Origin: a virus
Virus record (IMG/VR): IMGVR_UViG_3300040801_000524
Location: 1 to 64,000 of that record
Reading direction: 5' to 3' (one strand)
DNA: 64,000 nucleotides
In this document: piece by piece, positions 58,220 through 64,000 of the stretch
How positions within the stretch are numbered: position 1 is the stretch's first letter
Layout of the letters: every line of letters begins with the position of its first letter
The notes under the pieces: generated by a model
Database searches by the model: none
The model's input: only the letters and a program-made list of their open reading frames with translations
What the model was told of the DNA's origin: nothing
Program-made: the position numbers and the translations under genes

Positions 58220-58728
58220 TGGAGATCATGACCAGAAAACAGGCTACTGAACTTGGTGAAGATTTCTACTTCACCGGCAAACCCTGTAAACACGGTCATG
58301 TTGAAAAGAGAAGAACCAACAATCGAAATTGTCTTGGGTGTGAAAGAACCAAGTACAAGAAGGTTGAGAAAGAATGGAAAACGAAACAATCGGGGTATTA
58401 TGAAGAGTACCACCGCAACTACAGAGAACAGAACAGAATTCGGCTTGCGAGAACATCATCTGAACATCGTTCAAAACGATTGAAGAGACACGTTCCATGG
58501 GCCAACGATCAACTCATTGAGGAAAAATACACACTTGCGAAAGAAATTACTGAAGAGTCTGGGGTGAAACATGTTGTCGATCACATTTTCCCACTACAGG
58601 GGGAGATGGTGAGTGGACTACATGTTGAAACCAACCTTCAGGTTCTACCAGAAAAGGATAATGTGTCGAAAAAGAATCGACTTGAGTTCATTCCGGTAGA
58701 CATTCAAAGCATGTTGTGGGGGGGATAA
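58219..58728 (+). CDS. HNH homing endonuclease (paralogue of 15241-15678)
   Basis: YFTGKPCKHGH...C..C; VPWA; HVVDHIFPLQGE.VSGLHV..NLQVL...N.SK.N. Confidence 0.9.
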   Translation: MEIMTRKQATELGEDFYFTGKPCKHGHVEKRRTNNRNCLGCERTKYKKVEKEWKTKQSGYYEEYHRNYREQNRIRLARTSSEHRSKRLKRHVPWANDQLIEEKYTLAKEITEESGVKHVVDHIFPLQGEMVSGLHVETNLQVLPEKDNVSKKNRLEFIPVDIQSMLWGG

Positions 58729-58732
58729 GACA

Positions 58733-59551
58733 ATTCTTGGCAAGAAATTTTACTACGGTACTACCCGCAAGATCATCGTGGCATTCGGTGCGTTGTTCAA
58801 CGACATCGAATTCGACCGTGAGGACTCGAACGGTGTATTCCAAACGATCAAGGTTCCGCTGATTTACACCCCGAAAGAGAAGTTCATTCGCAGAATCCGT
58901 GAGGTAGCGCAACCCAACACAGACGAAGTGTGGGTGAAAGAGACTCTTCCCCGTATGGGATTCGAGATGGTTTCTATTTTGTACGATCCGTCCCGAAAAG
59001 TCAACACCATGGAACGCATCACAGCGAAGAACGTCAATGGGGGTGGACCCAAGTTCATGTACAACCGGGTTCCCTACAACTTCAACTTCAACCTGTATGT
59101 GGCAACCCGCAAGTTCGATGACAGTCTCCGCATCATCGAACAGATCGTTCCGTATTTCACGCCTGAGTTCCAAGTCAAGATCGTGGACCGGGAAGATTTT
59201 GGGTTGAACACCAACGTTCCCTACGTTTTGGACTCGGTTGACTTCGAAATCGATGATGCGGGTGCAATGGACGACACCAGACGTTCGATTGTCTGGACGT
59301 TGGGATTCACTGCCAAGGCATACATGTACCCGGCCGCTGATGAAAGAACCCTGATCAAGAAGTCAATCATCGACATTTCAAACACGGATGCTGAACAGTT
59401 CTACGAAGAATACATGGCGTATGTCGATCCTATGACTGCCAATGAAGACGAACCGCACCAAATCATTGAAACAGTTAATGAAAACCATAGAGATACATAT
59501 ATCATTGGTGGTCAAAGTGGTGCGAACGCAACAATTGATACACTTGATTGA
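58733..59551 (+). CDS. 15: tail sheath stabilizer/terminator gp15 (probable ATT start)
   Basis: LG..FY....RK...AFG.LFN.I...KVPL.Y.PKEKF...LPRM.FE...YDP.RK...EQI.PYF.P; the conserved N-terminus begins at ATT58733. Confidence 0.9.
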   Translation: MLGKKFYYGTTRKIIVAFGALFNDIEFDREDSNGVFQTIKVPLIYTPKEKFIRRIREVAQPNTDEVWVKETLPRMGFEMVSILYDPSRKVNTMERITAKNVNGGGPKFMYNRVPYNFNFNLYVATRKFDDSLRIIEQIVPYFTPEFQVKIVDREDFGLNTNVPYVLDSVDFEIDDAGAMDDTRRSIVWTLGFTAKAYMYPAADERTLIKKSIIDISNTDAEQFYEEYMAYVDPMTANEDEPHQIIETVNENHRDTYIIGGQSGANATIDTLD

Positions 59552-59581
59552 TTGGACAACTGATAACTGAGAAGGTAGTAA

Positions 59582-60223
59582 ATGGACCCGATAGCTTTCA
59601 TCTTTTCCCAGTGGGGATTGGCCGGTGTTGGCGCATTCCTTCTACTGGTTTTCGTAATCAAAAACTGGTCTTGGCTTATGGACAAGATCAAAGATGTGAA
59701 TTCGTCCAGAATGTCACATGACTCATTCGGCATGTTGATGGCAAAACTTGACTACTGGCTGGACTTCAAAATCCAGAACATGTACATCAATGATCCCGGT
59801 CGAAGACAAATCTTCCGTGACCTGATGCACATTCGGTACAAAGTATTCAAAGAACATCTGGAACGATTGAACAAAAACGATTTCAACGCAATGGAACCGG
59901 GGGCAATGTACAGCAAGATCGTTGCATGTCTCCACGATTCCATCGAAGAGTCTGAAATGAAGGCACATGAAGCCGGTATCCCAGATGTGGTGGTACAGAA
60001 ATTCAAGAAATGGTCTGGGAAGAATGTTGAGTTCACCCTGAAGGCCATCGAAATGGTTTGTTACGGCCAAGTCTATGGTAGCAACGTTCTTCGCATGCAA
60101 GCTGTCTACAGTCTGTACACAGCCATGCTTGAGATCACCATAGCCGAAGGTGAACGTTCTCTGAACGAACTGAATGGTGAATTGAATGGCGTGGAGTACA
60201 AAGGGTATGTCTGCTGCGGATGA
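59582..60223 (+). CDS. hypothetical membrane-anchored protein
   Basis: N-terminal TM WGLAGVGAFLLLVFVI; soluble helical remainder. Confidence 0.7.
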   Translation: MDPIAFIFSQWGLAGVGAFLLLVFVIKNWSWLMDKIKDVNSSRMSHDSFGMLMAKLDYWLDFKIQNMYINDPGRRQIFRDLMHIRYKVFKEHLERLNKNDFNAMEPGAMYSKIVACLHDSIEESEMKAHEAGIPDVVVQKFKKWSGKNVEFTLKAIEMVCYGQVYGSNVLRMQAVYSLYTAMLEITIAEGERSLNELNGELNGVEYKGYVCCG

Positions 60224-60722
60224 TGATTTCGATCACGAATACCACTGGGATGGGGTGATCAAGAATATGCAAGAAGCACATGAAGAAGCACAACGTGAGG
60301 GAGACGCTATCAGCGAATTCCTTGATACGCCACCGATGGTGTTCGAGCGTGAACGGGTTCCTGTTCCCGTAGACATGGGTGACGAACAAAATGCCAAGGA
60401 TGACATGGATGAAGTTCGCCACAACCTGAAGCAACTGATTGCTGACGGTTCGGGTGCCATCGAAGGTCTTCTGAAGGTTGCTCAAGAATCTGAATCCCCA
60501 CGTGCGTATGAGGTCTTGGCAACTTACCTGAAACAACTGACTGAAATGAACAAGGACTTGGTGGGTCTACACGAAACCAAGTCGAAAATGGAGACCGAAA
60601 AGGCCAAACGTGCCGGTCTCGGTGGCCGATCTGGGGATGACCCGGGTCAACCACGAACCACGAACAACATCTTCGTGGGATCAACAGAAGAACTACAAGC
60701 GTATTTGGAGAAACAACGATGA
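60207..60722 (+). CDS. 16: terminase small subunit gp16
   Basis: D....R.NL..LI..G..A...LL.VA.ES.SPRAYEV...NN.FVGST.ELQ. Confidence 0.92.
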   Translation: MSAADDDFDHEYHWDGVIKNMQEAHEEAQREGDAISEFLDTPPMVFERERVPVPVDMGDEQNAKDDMDEVRHNLKQLIADGSGAIEGLLKVAQESESPRAYEVLATYLKQLTEMNKDLVGLHETKSKMETEKAKRAGLGGRSGDDPGQPRTTNNIFVGSTEELQAYLEKQR

Positions 60723-61747
60723 AAGGTTACTCGGATTGGCTGAACGAAGCGGTTGGCGCAAAATTGGCCATCAAGCTATCCAGAAAAGATGCCGAAGCCG
60801 TTCTTGGTCTATCGGGTGACTGGTCAAAGGACGATCTGAAGAAAGCCGTCCGTCTGGCAAAGTCACGTGCGCACCCGGACAAGGGTGGGTCTGCTGAAGA
60901 GTTCAACAAGGTACAGGCTGCCGAGAAGACCCTATCCGGATCAACCGGTCAGACAAATGGTCGAGTGGATTGGGATGACATCAACCGTCAATACCAAGAA
61001 CTGTACCAACAAGTCATGGCCGAACTGAAAGGCATGATGAAGCCGGAAAACTTCGTCAAATACTTCTCCGACTTGTTTGGTGAGAAGTTTGATTCGAACA
61101 TGCATGAGATGGGTGCTACCCGTGGCCGGTCTACCCCGAGCTATGCCGGTCTGCATTTCGAGTTCGCCAACGGTGGCCGAACCAAAGTATTCGAGTTCGA
61201 TGTTCACGTTTCCCTTCACGATGTGAGACACGACAAGACCAAAGCCATCGGTGGTACCGCTGACACACTGGCCTACACCGTGGGTATCACCGCATACGGG
61301 TACGTGAACAAGCGCAAGGTGAAGATGTCACAGCGTGACTACAGCCGTTCGAACAGCCTGAAGGCATTGCAAGACCCGAGCGTTGCTTTCCCAAAAAGCA
61401 AGGTGACAAAAGATCAGAAGGCCCGAAAGTTCTCCCGAAGAGACATGGAACTGTTCTTGAAGAAGGAACTGAAGGCTGAGATCGGAACGTACATCTACAT
61501 CCCCACTCAGACCGATAACATGTACATCTGGATGGATCGTGGCACCTTCATGCGCACCCCATACTGGCAAGTTTCGATCTGGGAGAAGACCGGCATGGCT
61601 TACAAGTCGGCTTCCCGCATGTACGCAACCTTCCCCGAGACTGAAGACACCGCTGATTTGATCAAACAGGCTTCGAAGATGTCCGCACAACAAGCCGAGA
61701 AGTTCCTTCAGGCTGAATATGAAAAGTGGAAGAAAGCCAATTCCTAA
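60719..61747 (+). CDS. J-domain (DnaJ-like) protein, probable internal head protein
   Basis: AEAVLGL......DLKKA.R.....HPDKGGS.EEF.KVQ.A...L; MKGYSDWLNE N-terminus. Confidence 0.8.
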   Translation: MKGYSDWLNEAVGAKLAIKLSRKDAEAVLGLSGDWSKDDLKKAVRLAKSRAHPDKGGSAEEFNKVQAAEKTLSGSTGQTNGRVDWDDINRQYQELYQQVMAELKGMMKPENFVKYFSDLFGEKFDSNMHEMGATRGRSTPSYAGLHFEFANGGRTKVFEFDVHVSLHDVRHDKTKAIGGTADTLAYTVGITAYGYVNKRKVKMSQRDYSRSNSLKALQDPSVAFPKSKVTKDQKARKFSRRDMELFLKKELKAEIGTYIYIPTQTDNMYIWMDRGTFMRTPYWQVSIWEKTGMAYKSASRMYATFPETEDTADLIKQASKMSAQQAEKFLQAEYEKWKKANS

Positions 61748-61765
61748 AACAATGATGCAAGATGA

Positions 61766-63385
<1,620 letters not shown>

Positions 63386-63402
63386 TCCAAGGATTGGATT
63401 TT

Positions 63403-63410
63403 CCTAAATA
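63403..63410 (+). promoter_or_regulatory. late promoter for gp18
   Basis: CCTAAATA upstream of the AAGGAG SD. Confidence 0.7.
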
Positions 63411-63466
63411 ATGGTAATCAAAACCAAAACCACTGATTATAAAACACACTCTAAGGAGAAAACAAC

Positions 63467-64000
63467 ATGGCATTCCAACTATCTCCCGGTGTAAAGGTCA
63501 ACGAAATCGATCTGACCAACATCATTCCCGCTGTTTCTACCAGCGGTGGTGCCTTCGTGGGTCAATTCCACTGGGGACCGGTCCTTGACTACACCATCGT
63601 GGAAAACCGTTCCCGCTTGGAAGCACTATTCGGCAAACCGTCTGACGTGAACTACGTTGACTGGTTCTCCGCAATGAACTTCCTTGCCTACTCGAACAAC
63701 CTGAACGTCATCCGTGTCGTGGACGAAGCAACCGCTTTGAACGCTTCCGCTGACGGCCTTGGTGTTCTGGTGAAAAACGAAGAACACTACAACCTTGTCC
63801 AGCCTACCGCTGGTTCCGCTGTGATCGCTGCCAAGTACCCGGGTGCACTGGGCAACAGCATCGAAGTTCACATGGCTGACGCATCCACCTTCACTGACTG
63901 GGAGTACGCTTCTCAGTTCGATGGCAAGCCGGGTACTTCCGAGTACGCTGCATCTCTGGGCATTTCCGGTGCCAACGATGAACTTCACATCGTGGTTATC
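63467..64000 (+). CDS. 18: tail sheath protein gp18 (partial, runs off the window)
   Basis: MAFQLSPGVKVNEIDLT...G.F.WGP...FGKP...NFLAY...L.V.RV...AKYPG.LGN. Confidence 0.95.
   Translation, partial: MAFQLSPGVKVNEIDLTNIIPAVSTSGGAFVGQFHWGPVLDYTIVENRSRLEALFGKPSDVNYVDWFSAMNFLAYSNNLNVIRVVDEATALNASADGLGVLVKNEEHYNLVQPTAGSAVIAAKYPGALGNSIEVHMADASTFTDWEYASQFDGKPGTSEYAASLGISGANDELHIVVI

Overview
This window is part of a T4-like (Straboviridae/Kyanoviridae-style) myophage genome of roughly 50% GC. Bases 1-7.4 kb are an accessory region with host sigma70-type promoters, eight tRNA genes (Asp, Phe, Ser x3, Trp, Gln, His), a circularly permuted two-piece tmRNA and small hypothetical genes. A replication/late-transcription block follows (gp33, gp59, gp32). 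Next is a minus-strand block (gp4, gp2, gp54-like, gp26, gp51, tape-measure/gp29-like with a muramidase domain). The rest is a long plus-strand morphogenesis region: gp48, 53, 27-like, 5, a 14 kb LamG/YHG-repeat adsorption module, PAAR, 25, 6, 7, 8, a DUF4815 protein, a collar/fibre module, 13, 14, 15, 16, 17 and the start of 18. Six free-standing homing endonucleases are interspersed. The most notable observations are the permuted tmRNA, a probable -1 frameshift fusing gp26 and gp51, a probable AUU start for gp15, four proteins with T4 internal-protein-like N-termini (including a kinase and a J-domain protein), a miniature terminase-like ATPase, a stand-alone LigA domain Ia, and the modular YHG-repeat/LamG virion appendage cluster. 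All calls come from reading motifs by eye; no searches were run.
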